NCBI GenBank assembly: GCA_965203355.1
Contig: OZ241889.1
Span: 2,432,001-2,496,000, forward strand
Length of the DNA: 64,000 bases
Reading direction: 5' to 3'
Source of the DNA: Candidatus Latescibacterota bacterium
GTDB lineage: Bacteria; Latescibacterota; UBA2968; UBA8231
Part shown: positions 1 through 9,336 of the stretch, one piece after another
How the letters are laid out: every line of letters starts with the position of its first letter
Position numbering within the stretch: the stretch's first letter is position 1
The notes under the pieces: model-generated
Told to the model about the DNA's origin: nothing
The model's database searches: none
Seen by the model: only the letters and a program-made list of their open reading frames with translations
Made by a program: the position numbers and the translations under genes

Positions 1-168
1 CGCAGCGAGCCGATGGGCCGCTTGCGCGGTCAGTCCCACCACTACGAAGGCATTCCCTTGGTGGCCACGTATCACCCGGCGGCGCTCTTGCGCAACCCCC
101 AGTGGAAGCGCCCGACTTGGGAGGACATGAAGCGGGTGCGGCAGCTCTACGACGGGGTCGAACTCTAA
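1..168 (+). CDS. Uracil-DNA glycosylase family 4, C-terminal fragment (5' truncated by window)
   Basis: Manual translation of frame 1: ...GIPLVATYHPAALLRNPQWKRPTWEDMKRV..., the typical family-4 UDG C-terminal motif; TAA at 166-168. Confidence 0.85.
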   Translation, partial: RSEPMGRLRGQSHHYEGIPLVATYHPAALLRNPQWKRPTWEDMKRVRQLYDGVEL

Positions 169-185
169 TTTTTTGGAGCTAAACC

Positions 186-1568
186 ATGACCCAAACTCCA
201 ACGGAGGCGCAGGATCTCGGGCGGATGCCGCCGCAGGCCGTAGAGGTCGAACAGGCCGTACTCGGGGCGATGATGCTAGAGCAGCGGGCCATCGTCCGCG
301 CCTTTGAAATCCTCGACGAAAGCTGTTTCTACCACGCCCCGCACGGCCGGATATTTGCGGCCATGCTCGCCCTTTTTGAGCAGGGCACGGCGGTCGATCA
401 GCTAACGTTGACCGAGGAGCTCAAGCGGCGCGGCCAGATCGACGACGTCGGCGGGGTTGTCTATCTGGCCAAGTTGGGGTCTGAAGTGGCGACGACGGCC
501 AACATCGACTTTCACGCGCGGCTCGTCTTGGAAAAGGCGCTGGGCCGCAAGTTGATCGAAACCGCTAGCGAAATCATCGAGCGGGCCTATGCGGCCGACG
601 AGGATGTCCAACTGCTGATCGACCATGCCGAGCAGAAGCTGTTCACCCTGAGCGAAAATCAAATCGGCGCCGGCTTTGAGCCGCTCGAAAAGGTGATGGG
701 TGAGACGTTTGAGCACCTGGAGACCGTCCACGCGAGGAAGGGCACGGTCTTGGGAGTGGACACGGGTTTTACCGATCTCAACGACCAGATGTCGGGTTTT
801 CAGAAGGGAGATCTGATCATTCTCGCGGCGCGGCCCAGCGTCGGCAAGACGGCCCTCGCGTTGACGCTGGCGCGCAATGCGGCCGTGGACGCTGGGGTCG
901 GGATGGCGATTTTTAGCTTGGAAATGTCGAAGATGCAACTGGCGCAGCGCCTGCTCAGCATAGAGACCAAGGTCGATTTGCACAAGCTCCGCACGGGGCG
1001 GCTGAGCGAAGAAGATTGGATGAACCTAACGCACAATATCGAACGCTTGGCCCGGGCGCCGATCTACATTGACGACACCCCCGGCATCTCGGTGCTCGAA
1101 GCGCGTGCCAAGGCGCGGCGGCTGCAGCGCGAGCACGGGATCGGTATGGTCATAATCGACTATCTTCAGCTCATGAGCGGGCACATTAGAACGCCGAGCC
1201 GCGAGCAGGAGATTTCGCATATCTCGCGCGGCCTCAAGGCCATGGCAAAAGAATTGGACGTGCCGGTTTTGGCCTTGTCGCAGTTGTCGCGCGCCGTAGA
1301 AAGCCGCACGGACCGGCGGCCGCAGCTATCGGACCTGCGGGAGTCGGGCAGCTTGGAGCAGGACGCCGATGTGGTGATGTTCATCTATCGCCCGGAGATG
1401 TACGACCTCAAATCCCCGGATGGCGGGAGCCTTGAAGGTTTCGCCCAAATCATCATCGGCAAGCAGCGCAACGGCCCGGTTGGTTCGGTAGAGTTGATGT
1501 GGAACAAGGAAAGTGCCACCTACGAGACGATGGCGCCTGGTTGGCAGACCGAGCCGGAAGCGTATTAA
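186..1568 (+). CDS. dnaB: Replicative DNA helicase
   Basis: PPQAVEVEQAVLG N-terminus, Walker A AARPSVGKT, IIDYLQLM, SQLSRAVESR, DLRESGSLEQDAD. Confidence 0.98.
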   Translation: MTQTPTEAQDLGRMPPQAVEVEQAVLGAMMLEQRAIVRAFEILDESCFYHAPHGRIFAAMLALFEQGTAVDQLTLTEELKRRGQIDDVGGVVYLAKLGSEVATTANIDFHARLVLEKALGRKLIETASEIIERAYAADEDVQLLIDHAEQKLFTLSENQIGAGFEPLEKVMGETFEHLETVHARKGTVLGVDTGFTDLNDQMSGFQKGDLIILAARPSVGKTALALTLARNAAVDAGVGMAIFSLEMSKMQLAQRLLSIETKVDLHKLRTGRLSEEDWMNLTHNIERLARAPIYIDDTPGISVLEARAKARRLQREHGIGMVIIDYLQLMSGHIRTPSREQEISHISRGLKAMAKELDVPVLALSQLSRAVESRTDRRPQLSDLRESGSLEQDADVVMFIYRPEMYDLKSPDGGSLEGFAQIIIGKQRNGPVGSVELMWNKESATYETMAPGWQTEPEAY

Positions 1569-1577
1569 CCGGGCCCC

Positions 1578-2591
1578 ATGTTCATCGACGAAATGACCAT
1601 CGCGGTGGAGTCGGGTAGTGGTGGCAATGGTTGCTGTTCGTTTCGGCGCGAAAAATACGTGCCGCGTGGCGGGCCGGACGGCGGCGATGGCGGCGACGGC
1701 GGTGCTGTGATTTTCCGCGTTGACCCCCAACTCAACACACTGCACGACTTCCGCTATCAACGCCATATCCGCGCGGGTCGCGGTGCCCACGGCGAGGGCC
1801 AGCGCCGGACGGGTCAGCGCGGCGAGCACGCGATTATCTGCGTCCCACCGGGTACGCTCTTGCGCGATGAAAAGGGCGCGCTGATCTGCGACATGGTCGA
1901 GGATGGGCAGGAGTTGGTGTTGCTGGCGGGTGGGCGCGGAGGCCGCGGCAACGCCCGCTTTGCCACGTCCCGCGTACAGGCCCCACGACGCGCTGATTCC
2001 GGGCGAGCGGGCGAGCAAATGGTGGTGCGGCTGGAGCTAAAATTGCTGGGGGATGTGGGGCTGGTGGGCTTTCCCAACGCGGGCAAATCCACGCTGCTGG
2101 CGCGGCTTTCCGCCGCCCAGCCCAAAATTGCCGACTATCCCTTTACGACTTTGGAGCCGAATTTGGGGATCGTGCAGTGGGCCGAGGGCGAGAGTTTTGT
2201 GTTGGCCGATTTGCCTGGGCTGATCAAAGGGGCACGCGAAGGCAAGGGGTTGGGCATGCGGTTTTTGCGGCACATTGAACGCACGCGGATCTTGCTGTTT
2301 GCCATTGACTGTACCAGCCCGGATCCGCGCGGCGAATTGGAGGCGCTCCGCGGCGAATTGGCGTCTTTCGACGCGGGGATGCGGCACAAGCCGGCTGGGA
2401 TTGCGCTGACTAAGGCCGACTTGCTGGGGCCGGACGCGGATTTTGCCGACCCATTCGCCGACTTGCGCGTACCGCGTTTTCTGGTTTCGGCCATCAGCGG
2501 TCGCGGGGTGCCTGAGATGACGCGCAGTGTGGGGCAGGCGGTGAAGAAGTTGCGTGCTGACGAAGCGGAGAAAGACGATACGCCGTTCTAA
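1578..2591 (+). CDS. obgE: GTPase ObgE/CgtA
   Basis: FRREKYVPRGGPDGGDGG Obg fold, GFPNAGKST, DYPFTTL, DLPG, TKAD. Confidence 0.97.
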   Translation: MFIDEMTIAVESGSGGNGCCSFRREKYVPRGGPDGGDGGDGGAVIFRVDPQLNTLHDFRYQRHIRAGRGAHGEGQRRTGQRGEHAIICVPPGTLLRDEKGALICDMVEDGQELVLLAGGRGGRGNARFATSRVQAPRRADSGRAGEQMVVRLELKLLGDVGLVGFPNAGKSTLLARLSAAQPKIADYPFTTLEPNLGIVQWAEGESFVLADLPGLIKGAREGKGLGMRFLRHIERTRILLFAIDCTSPDPRGELEALRGELASFDAGMRHKPAGIALTKADLLGPDADFADPFADLRVPRFLVSAISGRGVPEMTRSVGQAVKKLRADEAEKDDTPF

Positions 2592-2600
2592 TAGCACAAC

Positions 2601-3083
2601 ATGCCAACTGTTTATTTGGAAACGACGGTTCCCAGTTACTTAGCGGCCCGGCCAAGTCGAGATAGTATAATTGCTGCTCATCAGCAGATCACGCGTGATT
2701 GGTGGCGCGATGCGTGCCCGTATTTCGATGTTCATGTCTCTGAGGCCGTGTTGTCAGAAATTCGCGATGGTGATTCAGAGGCAGTCGCACGACGTCTCGC
2801 GGTCGTAGAAGGCTTGCCTGTCGTAGAAACTAACGATGATGTACGGAATCTCGTTTACATTTACGATCAATGTCTTGGTTTGACTGGCCGTGCCCAGTCA
2901 GATGTAATCCATATTGCTTTCGCTGTTGCGTATGCAATGGATTATCTCGTAACGTGGAACTGTGCTCATATTGCGAATAGGGCCGTCATTCGGCGGCTCA
3001 TGGACATTAATTCGGAGTTACATCGTCGTACTCCTATTGTCGTTACCCCGGAAGAAGTTCCGATACCCGGAGGAGAATTATGA
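2601..3083 (+). CDS. PIN-domain (VapC-like) type II toxin
   Basis: VYLETTVPSYL...D.IHIA.A...MDYLVTWNCAHIAN pattern of a widespread PIN subfamily; lower GC than flanks. Confidence 0.85.
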   Translation: MPTVYLETTVPSYLAARPSRDSIIAAHQQITRDWWRDACPYFDVHVSEAVLSEIRDGDSEAVARRLAVVEGLPVVETNDDVRNLVYIYDQCLGLTGRAQSDVIHIAFAVAYAMDYLVTWNCAHIANRAVIRRLMDINSELHRRTPIVVTPEEVPIPGGEL

Positions 3084-3847
3084 ACCGCGATCCCATTGTT
3101 GAAGAAATTCATCAAACGAGGGAAAAAATGTTGGCGGAATGCAATGGCGATCTCGGCAAACTGCTAGACCGATTGCAGGCCGCCGAAAAACGAGAAACTC
3201 GCAGTCGTATGGTATCCGCGCCCTTGCCCGCAAAGATCCACGTAGTGAAATCGGCTGAATCCGTGATTCGTGGACTCGTCGGTGCAATCCCGGACGTTGG
3301 AACCGCCCTAAACGAGGCTATCTTTGACCTGCGCGCCCGTCTTAAACAGGAGCGGCTCGAAAAGTTCGTGGAGGAGTTAGCTAGCATCCTTCAGACCCTT
3401 AAATCCGACAAGATAGATGTCGCCTACATTCAAAGTGCAGAGTTTGTCGATTTCCTAGAAGATGTCTTGGTGCGCGCCGCCAAAGTCAGAGCGGATGAAA
3501 AACGAAGAAAACTGGCCGCAGTACTCGCGGGCCGGTTGCAACACGCCGAAGGTACGCCTTTCGACGATCGCTTTCTGGATCTGTTGATTACCCTGTCAGA
3601 CATCCAAGTGTGCATTTTGGCTGAACATCTACGGGCGGCTGAGAAACGAGAACACTCCGATTCAGCGGAAGACGCTAAGCATCGCCAGCCGAGTTACTAC
3701 AATGTCCCGGAGTCAGAGTATCTTCTTTTGCTCCAAGATTTAACGTCAAAGGGACTTTTTGTTTTTGCAGGTATAGCTCTCGGGGAGGTAACAGAGCTGG
3801 GGCGCACGTTTATCTACTTCTTAGAGAATGATGATCGTGCACTTTGA
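3080..3847 (+). CDS. Putative antitoxin peptide fused to an Abi-alpha/DUF4393-like domain
   Basis: ATGA overlap with the PIN gene; N-terminal DPIVEEIHQTREKMLAECNGDL resembles short partners of this PIN family; the rest (LVGAIPDVG...FVEEL...EKRRKLA...VTELGRTFIYFL) resembles DUF4393/Abi-alpha. Confidence 0.55.
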   Translation: MNRDPIVEEIHQTREKMLAECNGDLGKLLDRLQAAEKRETRSRMVSAPLPAKIHVVKSAESVIRGLVGAIPDVGTALNEAIFDLRARLKQERLEKFVEELASILQTLKSDKIDVAYIQSAEFVDFLEDVLVRAAKVRADEKRRKLAAVLAGRLQHAEGTPFDDRFLDLLITLSDIQVCILAEHLRAAEKREHSDSAEDAKHRQPSYYNVPESEYLLLLQDLTSKGLFVFAGIALGEVTELGRTFIYFLENDDRAL

Positions 3848-3905
3848 TGCCGATGAGAAACGCGGGCATCGCATCTCTGGCCGAATCGGCGAATGAATCG
3901 ACGCA

Positions 3906-4751
3906 TTAATTCCGAAAGCCGAGGAACTGTCGCGCAGCCTCGCCCATGATAGACTGGCGCTGATCGCCGCTCAGGTCGGGCAGTAGGTGATCGAGCACTT
4001 CGACGCACGCGCCGTAGCCGGGATCGGCGACAATCCAGGGAAAATCCGAAGCCCACAGCAGGCGTTCCGCACCAAAGGCAGACAACAGGCGGCGGTGCCA
4101 AGCGGCCAAGTCGGGATAGGGATAGGTGGCCTTGCTCATGGCGTATTGGCCCGACAGGTGGACGCAGACGTTGGGCGAATCGGGCGCGGGGCCGAGATAC
4201 CCGGTCGGCGGTGGCATCTCCACGTCGATCTGCGGACGGCCCTTGGCGTCCCAAGTAAATCGATCCTCGCGTGGACAGACCATGAGGTGATTGACCACGA
4301 CGCGCACTTGGGGAAAGTCCGCTAGGAACTGGGGCAGCAGCGGGGCGGAGGTAGAGTGCAGATAGAGCCAGAGCACGTAGTCTTTGCGGGCGGCGTGTTC
4401 CCATATAGGCCGGGAAAACTCGCCGAGCGCGCGAAGCCGGAAGCCGATGATCGAGCCGGCTTCGGCGAGGCGGTCCATGTGGTCGGCGGGTGTGGGCGCA
4501 TCGGGCGGTATCAAGCCGATGCCCAAGAAGCGGTCGGAATAGGTGCGCAGGCAGTGTCGTAAATAGGCGTGATGCGCCAAACTGGTGCCGCCGGTTTGCA
4601 CGAGCACGGCCTTGTCGATGGCGTGGTCGGCCATGTGCGCCAAGAGTGCTTCGACGGGTGCTTCGCGCTCGGCGGGCATGCTTGGGGTGATCGCGCGGGG
4701 GAACTCGGCACTGGGGCGGGCGAAGACGTGTAGGTGAGAGTCGATGCGCAT
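3906..4751 (-). CDS. Amidohydrolase_2 family protein
   Basis: MRIDSHLHVF metal-binding motif at the likely start (4751), NHL, RLLWASDFPW. Confidence 0.9.
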   Translation of the reverse strand: MRIDSHLHVFARPSAEFPRAITPSMPAEREAPVEALLAHMADHAIDKAVLVQTGGTSLAHHAYLRHCLRTYSDRFLGIGLIPPDAPTPADHMDRLAEAGSIIGFRLRALGEFSRPIWEHAARKDYVLWLYLHSTSAPLLPQFLADFPQVRVVVNHLMVCPREDRFTWDAKGRPQIDVEMPPPTGYLGPAPDSPNVCVHLSGQYAMSKATYPYPDLAAWHRRLLSAFGAERLLWASDFPWIVADPGYGACVEVLDHLLPDLSGDQRQSIMGEAARQFLGFRN

Positions 4752-4786
4752 AGTTTTATTGGGTTTGGATGAGGTTAAAGTAAACA

Positions 4787-5740
4787 ATGGCTAAGCGATC
4801 TGCCACAGACAAGATGGGTGCGTCAAGCGTGAAACAGGTGAGAGTGCGCGTACCGGCCACATCGGCCAATCTCGGAGCGGGCTTTGACTGCTTGGGGTTG
4901 GCGCTAACATTGTACCTGGACTTGTCGGCGGAAGAAAGCGCGGGGGAGGGCTTGGAAATCGCGATCGCGGGCGAGGGGACTGGGAGTGTGCCTTTAGACG
5001 AGCGCAACACTGTGTATCAGGGCGTGATGCGCGCCTATGCACGGGCTGGCAAGACGCCCGGGCGGCTACGCCTAGCCATTGACAGCCAGATCCCGTTAGC
5101 CAGTGGGCTGGGCAGCAGCTCGGCCGCCTTGATTGCTGGTTTGACCGCTGGAGCTGAGCTGTGCGGAATGGGGCTGGATCGGGAGGAGATCTTGCGGCAG
5201 GGCGTGGCGATGGAGGGACACCCGGACAATGTTGCGCCCGGCGCGTTGGGCGGGATCGTCATCGCGGCTTTGGATGGCGGAGAGGTTGCCCGGGCGCGGA
5301 TTGAGCCACCAAGGGATTTGGCCGCGGTCGTGGCCATCCCGGATTTTCCCCTGCCCACGCCCAAGTCGCGGAGTGTGCTGCCCGCGCGGGTCGAGCGGCG
5401 GGACGCGATATTTAACGCCGGGCGCGTCGGCTTGTTGGTGGCTGCGCTGCAACAGGGAGATTACAGCCTGCTGCGGATTGCAATGCAAGATCGGTTGCAC
5501 CAGCCCTATCGAACGGCCCTAGTGCCGGGGATGGAAGCGGTGTTGGACGCGGCTGCGGAGGCCGGAGCGTTGGGTGCGGCGTTGAGTGGGGCCGGACCGG
5601 CCGCGTTGGCGCTGGTCGGCGGGCCGGGTGTAGCGGTGGCCGGTGCCATGCAGCAGGCGTGGGCTAAAGAAGGAATTGCTGCGCGAACTTTGATCCTCGG
5701 TCTCGCGGCCGAGGGGGTGCAATGCGCGAAAGCGAGGTAA
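4787..5740 (+). CDS. thrB: Homoserine kinase
   Basis: VRVPATSANLGAGFDCLG, GHMP loop IPLASGLGSSSA, EGHPDNVAP, LSGAGP; true start may be slightly downstream. Confidence 0.95.
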   Translation: MAKRSATDKMGASSVKQVRVRVPATSANLGAGFDCLGLALTLYLDLSAEESAGEGLEIAIAGEGTGSVPLDERNTVYQGVMRAYARAGKTPGRLRLAIDSQIPLASGLGSSSAALIAGLTAGAELCGMGLDREEILRQGVAMEGHPDNVAPGALGGIVIAALDGGEVARARIEPPRDLAAVVAIPDFPLPTPKSRSVLPARVERRDAIFNAGRVGLLVAALQQGDYSLLRIAMQDRLHQPYRTALVPGMEAVLDAAAEAGALGAALSGAGPAALALVGGPGVAVAGAMQQAWAKEGIAARTLILGLAAEGVQCAKAR

Positions 5741-6744
5741 ACATGGTCAGCGAGGCTACACTCATCGACGACATGACGACTCCGACCCCGGAAGTCGTGG
5801 AAGCTGTGCGCCAGTTAGACGGGCCGATTCTGCTGTTGGGGGTCAGCGGCAAGATGGGGCCGACCTTGGCCGAGTTGTTGGTGCGGGCCGGGGCCGAGCA
5901 AGTGATGGGGGTGGCGCGCTTTGCGGACGCGGAAAAGCGGTGCTACTTGGAGGACATCGGCGTGCAAACCATCGCCTGCGACCTGCTGGCCGACGATGCG
6001 CTACAGGAGCTACCCGACGCGCCCAATGTCCTCTTCCTCGCTGGATTTAAGTTTGGGGCTACGGGCCATGAAGACGCGACTTGGGCGGTGAATGCCGCGT
6101 TGCCCGGCGCGGTGATGGCGCGCTACGCCCAGTCGCGGATCGTCTATGTGAGTTCCGGCAACGTGTATGCGTATGCCAAGGCGCCGGGGCCGGGGGCGGC
6201 TGAAGGTGCAACGCTAGCCCCAGTGGGCGAGTACGCTCAATCGCGCTTGGGCGGCGAGCGGGTCGCCCAGTACGCGTCGCGGGTGCGGGGGACGCCCTTG
6301 GTCATTGTGCGGCTGTTTTACGCCACCGAGCCGCGCTACGGCATCATCCGCGATCTCGCCGATAAAGTGTGGCAGCAAGAGCCGATTGATCTGACTATGG
6401 GGTACGTCAACCAAATTTGGCAGGGCGACGCCAACGCCTATTTGTGCCGCTTCTTCCCGCTGTGCAACAGCCCCGCCGACCTCATCAACCTGACCGGCCC
6501 GGATACCTTATCCGTGCGCGCGCTAGCCGAACAGCTAGGGAAAATCATGGGCAAGCCCCCCCGCTTTACGGGCGCAGAGGCCCCGGACGCTCTTTTGGGG
6601 AACAGCCAGCGTTTGTGCGCGGAATTCGGTCGCCCGTGCGTCGGCCCAGCGCAGATGCTGCGCACGGTGGCCGAGTGGGTTATGGCTAGCGGCCCGAGTC
6701 TGGGCAAACCGACCCGCTACGAATCTCGCAGCGGGCGGTTCTAA
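5722..6744 (+). CDS. NAD-dependent epimerase/dehydratase
   Basis: LLGVSGKMGPTLA Rossmann motif, SSGNVY, EYAQSRLGGER. Confidence 0.85.
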   Translation: MRESEVNMVSEATLIDDMTTPTPEVVEAVRQLDGPILLLGVSGKMGPTLAELLVRAGAEQVMGVARFADAEKRCYLEDIGVQTIACDLLADDALQELPDAPNVLFLAGFKFGATGHEDATWAVNAALPGAVMARYAQSRIVYVSSGNVYAYAKAPGPGAAEGATLAPVGEYAQSRLGGERVAQYASRVRGTPLVIVRLFYATEPRYGIIRDLADKVWQQEPIDLTMGYVNQIWQGDANAYLCRFFPLCNSPADLINLTGPDTLSVRALAEQLGKIMGKPPRFTGAEAPDALLGNSQRLCAEFGRPCVGPAQMLRTVAEWVMASGPSLGKPTRYESRSGRF

Positions 6745-7646
6745 TGACCGAGCGGATCGCGGCGGCGGCTATCCAGTCCGTTGAGTTGCTGTTGGCGGGT
6801 AGCGCGGGTGTGCTCCGAGATGGCCAGTTGTTGTGGGCCTTATCGCATTTGTGGGATCAGCCGCGCTACCGCAGGCTAGCCGAGCAGGTGGCCGCAGGCC
6901 GTGTGTGCGACGGGGCTGGGGTCGGCGATGCCCTCGCGTTGGCCGAAGGGCTGGCGGCCTGTGGGTATTGGGAACGGTCGCGGACGCTGGTGCTGCAAAG
7001 TTTGGGTCGATGCGACGCAGTGGATTACGTCGGCGCGTCGCCCGAGGGGCAATCCATGCCCAAGGGGGCGCGCTGTCTCGATGACTGGGCGCAGGTGCTG
7101 AGCGCGTGTACGCGCCTTTTACACGCCCGCGCCGACCGGGCACTGCAAATAGCGGCCGCCCGCGCTGTAGCTGCCATCTTGAACTATCACTACCACCCGG
7201 ACTTGGGGCTGTTGCTCTTTGCCGTCCGCCGCAATTTCTTCCGCTTTGACGATCCCTGGGGAACCTGCGTATCTAGCGCGGCGGCTCTCGCCGCGTTGAC
7301 CGCGATGTTGGACGAGGCCGGTCGCCGCGGGGAGACGCACTTCAGAGCCTTGGTGGGTCGCTATCTGCGCCAACATATAGAAGCCGCTTGGGCGCGGACC
7401 GGAGGTGGCATCCGCAGCGCGTGTTGCGCTGGCGTCTGGAGCGCGGAAAAGCCCGGAGCGGTCCAAGCCGCCGCCCTAGGGGCCTTGGCGACGTTGCACC
7501 GCTATCAGGGCGGCGACTGGGAGGCTGAATGGCTGGCGCGGGTGCGAGATTATCAACGGAACGGCCCTAGCGATCCGCTCGTCGAGTTGCGCTGCTTAGT
7601 ACGCTGTGCGCGGGAACCAAACGAAAAACTTGACATTGTGAAGTGA
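6744..7646 (+). CDS. Hypothetical protein, degenerate AGE (N-acylglucosamine 2-epimerase)-like
   Basis: TAATG coupling to the epimerase gene; GQLLWALSHL and AILNYHYHPDLGLL resemble AGE-family helices, but the protein is short and divergent. Confidence 0.45.
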   Translation: MTERIAAAAIQSVELLLAGSAGVLRDGQLLWALSHLWDQPRYRRLAEQVAAGRVCDGAGVGDALALAEGLAACGYWERSRTLVLQSLGRCDAVDYVGASPEGQSMPKGARCLDDWAQVLSACTRLLHARADRALQIAAARAVAAILNYHYHPDLGLLLFAVRRNFFRFDDPWGTCVSSAAALAALTAMLDEAGRRGETHFRALVGRYLRQHIEAAWARTGGGIRSACCAGVWSAEKPGAVQAAALGALATLHRYQGGDWEAEWLARVRDYQRNGPSDPLVELRCLVRCAREPNEKLDIVK

Positions 7647-7730
7647 GAAAGCCATTCTGACCGCAGACACTTGGGCGGAAGGCCGCACCTTTAAGCACTT
7701 GAAAGCAACATTTTCTGCGAAGAAGTTTTT

Positions 7731-8108
7731 ATGAAAAGGGAAACTAAAGCTGCTCAAAGGGCCATTTTCGCCGCCAAAGCTAGGGCGGAGACGGTGGACA
7801 TGCTTTGTATGGTCCATGTGGACGAAAACACCCATGAGATCGCTATCTCGGGCGTTTGGATGGCTCAGATGGCGGTCGAAGCCGCTGAGACAGCAGTCGA
7901 AGTGACGGAGGCGATTTTGGCTGACACTACTACCGTCAAGTCCACTCGGTTGGCCGCGATCGATTTGGCTGATGCTAGGGCTGCTAGGGCGCGCGCCGAT
8001 GAGGTCTTGGAGTCCGCCTTGATGCGGTTGAGAAGCTTCGAGTGGACATATCGAGACGAACTTATTAGTCGCCTTGTTGGTCTTTTGTACCTTGCTTCAC
8101 AACGCTGA
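7731..8108 (+). CDS. Hypothetical Ala-rich helical protein
   Basis: 125-aa ORF filling the gap on the coding strand; no recognised motif. Confidence 0.45.
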   Translation: MKRETKAAQRAIFAAKARAETVDMLCMVHVDENTHEIAISGVWMAQMAVEAAETAVEVTEAILADTTTVKSTRLAAIDLADARAARARADEVLESALMRLRSFEWTYRDELISRLVGLLYLASQR

Positions 8109-8173
8109 GAATCGCCAAGATACCAAATTAAGGCAATCCAGAATTCCTCTTCTCAAATCAGCAGAGGCCCATT

Positions 8174-9265
8174 ATGATCGTCTATCACGGTACGACGCGC
8201 CGTGCGGCCCGCCGGATCGCCCGCGATGGCTTTCAGCCGCGGTCGCCGTCGCGGCGGGTGTGGCTTTCGCGGAGCAAGAGTTACGCCAAGCAGCGGGCAC
8301 ATGCCAAAGCGCGGCACACGCGCGATCGCCCCATCGTCTTGACCGTAGATATCGACTTGAAAACGCTGCGCCAGCGCTACGGCAGTCGGCAGGTGCGCGA
8401 AAGCGGCGGGGTCATTTCGATCCGAGGAGACATTCCCGCGTCCTCGCTGCGCAGCCACTACGGGCTGGGACTCCCGGAGACGGCCGAGGAGATCGCCCGC
8501 TGGGTCAACGCCGTCTTGGGCGTCAAAGCGCACAAAGGCGTCAGTGCCCGCAATGAGGGCGTCTTGCGCTTGGCCCGCTGGATCGACAACCGGCTGACGA
8601 CCCGACCCCATACGCGGATCGGCGAGAAGGAACTGCTCGCCCGCGCCGCCCAGTGGATCCCGGACTGCTTTGCCGGAGTGGAGATCGACTTTGCGCATTT
8701 GCGGGTCTGGCCCAAGGTGGTGCGAGAAGCCGAGGCGCGGCAGGCCTCATCCGCGAAGGCAGCGTCCGTCGATCGCCAAGAGGAAGAGGAGGCCATTGCT
8801 TGCTTGGAGTCGGACAAGCCACAGCGGCAGGTGCGCGGCCTCCAACTCTTGGCCGGCCTAGACGACCCGGACCTGTTCGAGTGGTGCGTATTGCTGCTCG
8901 GCGAGGGGCCGCCGCAAAGCGCGGTCGGTATCCTCAAAGTAATGCGGCGTTGCCAGGACATTCAGCCGGAGGTGTTGGCTCCGTACGCGGAGAGCGAGCA
9001 CAAGGCGGTGCGCGGCGCGGCCATTGAGGTACTGGTCCTGCGCAGCGGAGAAGAGGCCCCCAAGTGGTTTTGGCGCGGCCTGACCGATCCCGTGCCGCAC
9101 GTGCGGCTGAGCGCGGCCAAATTTCTCGACCGCCTGGACCCGCACGTGCATCGCGACAGCTTTGAGGCCGCGCTCTACGACCCGCACCCGCAGGTGGCGC
9201 AAGCCGCCCGCAAACTGACGCGGCACATGGGATTTAAGCCGTTGGTTTGGTCGGCAGCGGGATGA
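8174..9265 (+). CDS. Protein with N-terminal ADP-ribosyltransferase (KptA/Tpt1 C-lobe)-like domain and C-terminal HEAT repeats
   Basis: YHGT...IARDGFQP...VWLS...PIVLTVD; HEAT-like units LTDPVPHVRLSAAKFL and LYDPHPQVAQAARK. Confidence 0.65.
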   Translation: MIVYHGTTRRAARRIARDGFQPRSPSRRVWLSRSKSYAKQRAHAKARHTRDRPIVLTVDIDLKTLRQRYGSRQVRESGGVISIRGDIPASSLRSHYGLGLPETAEEIARWVNAVLGVKAHKGVSARNEGVLRLARWIDNRLTTRPHTRIGEKELLARAAQWIPDCFAGVEIDFAHLRVWPKVVREAEARQASSAKAASVDRQEEEEAIACLESDKPQRQVRGLQLLAGLDDPDLFEWCVLLLGEGPPQSAVGILKVMRRCQDIQPEVLAPYAESEHKAVRGAAIEVLVLRSGEEAPKWFWRGLTDPVPHVRLSAAKFLDRLDPHVHRDSFEAALYDPHPQVAQAARKLTRHMGFKPLVWSAAG

Positions 9266-9336
9266 TTCCTGTTTTGATTGACGACTTTTCGCGGGCCGCT
9301 TTTTTGCCACGAAGCTAGCAAAAGAGGCGTGTTTAT

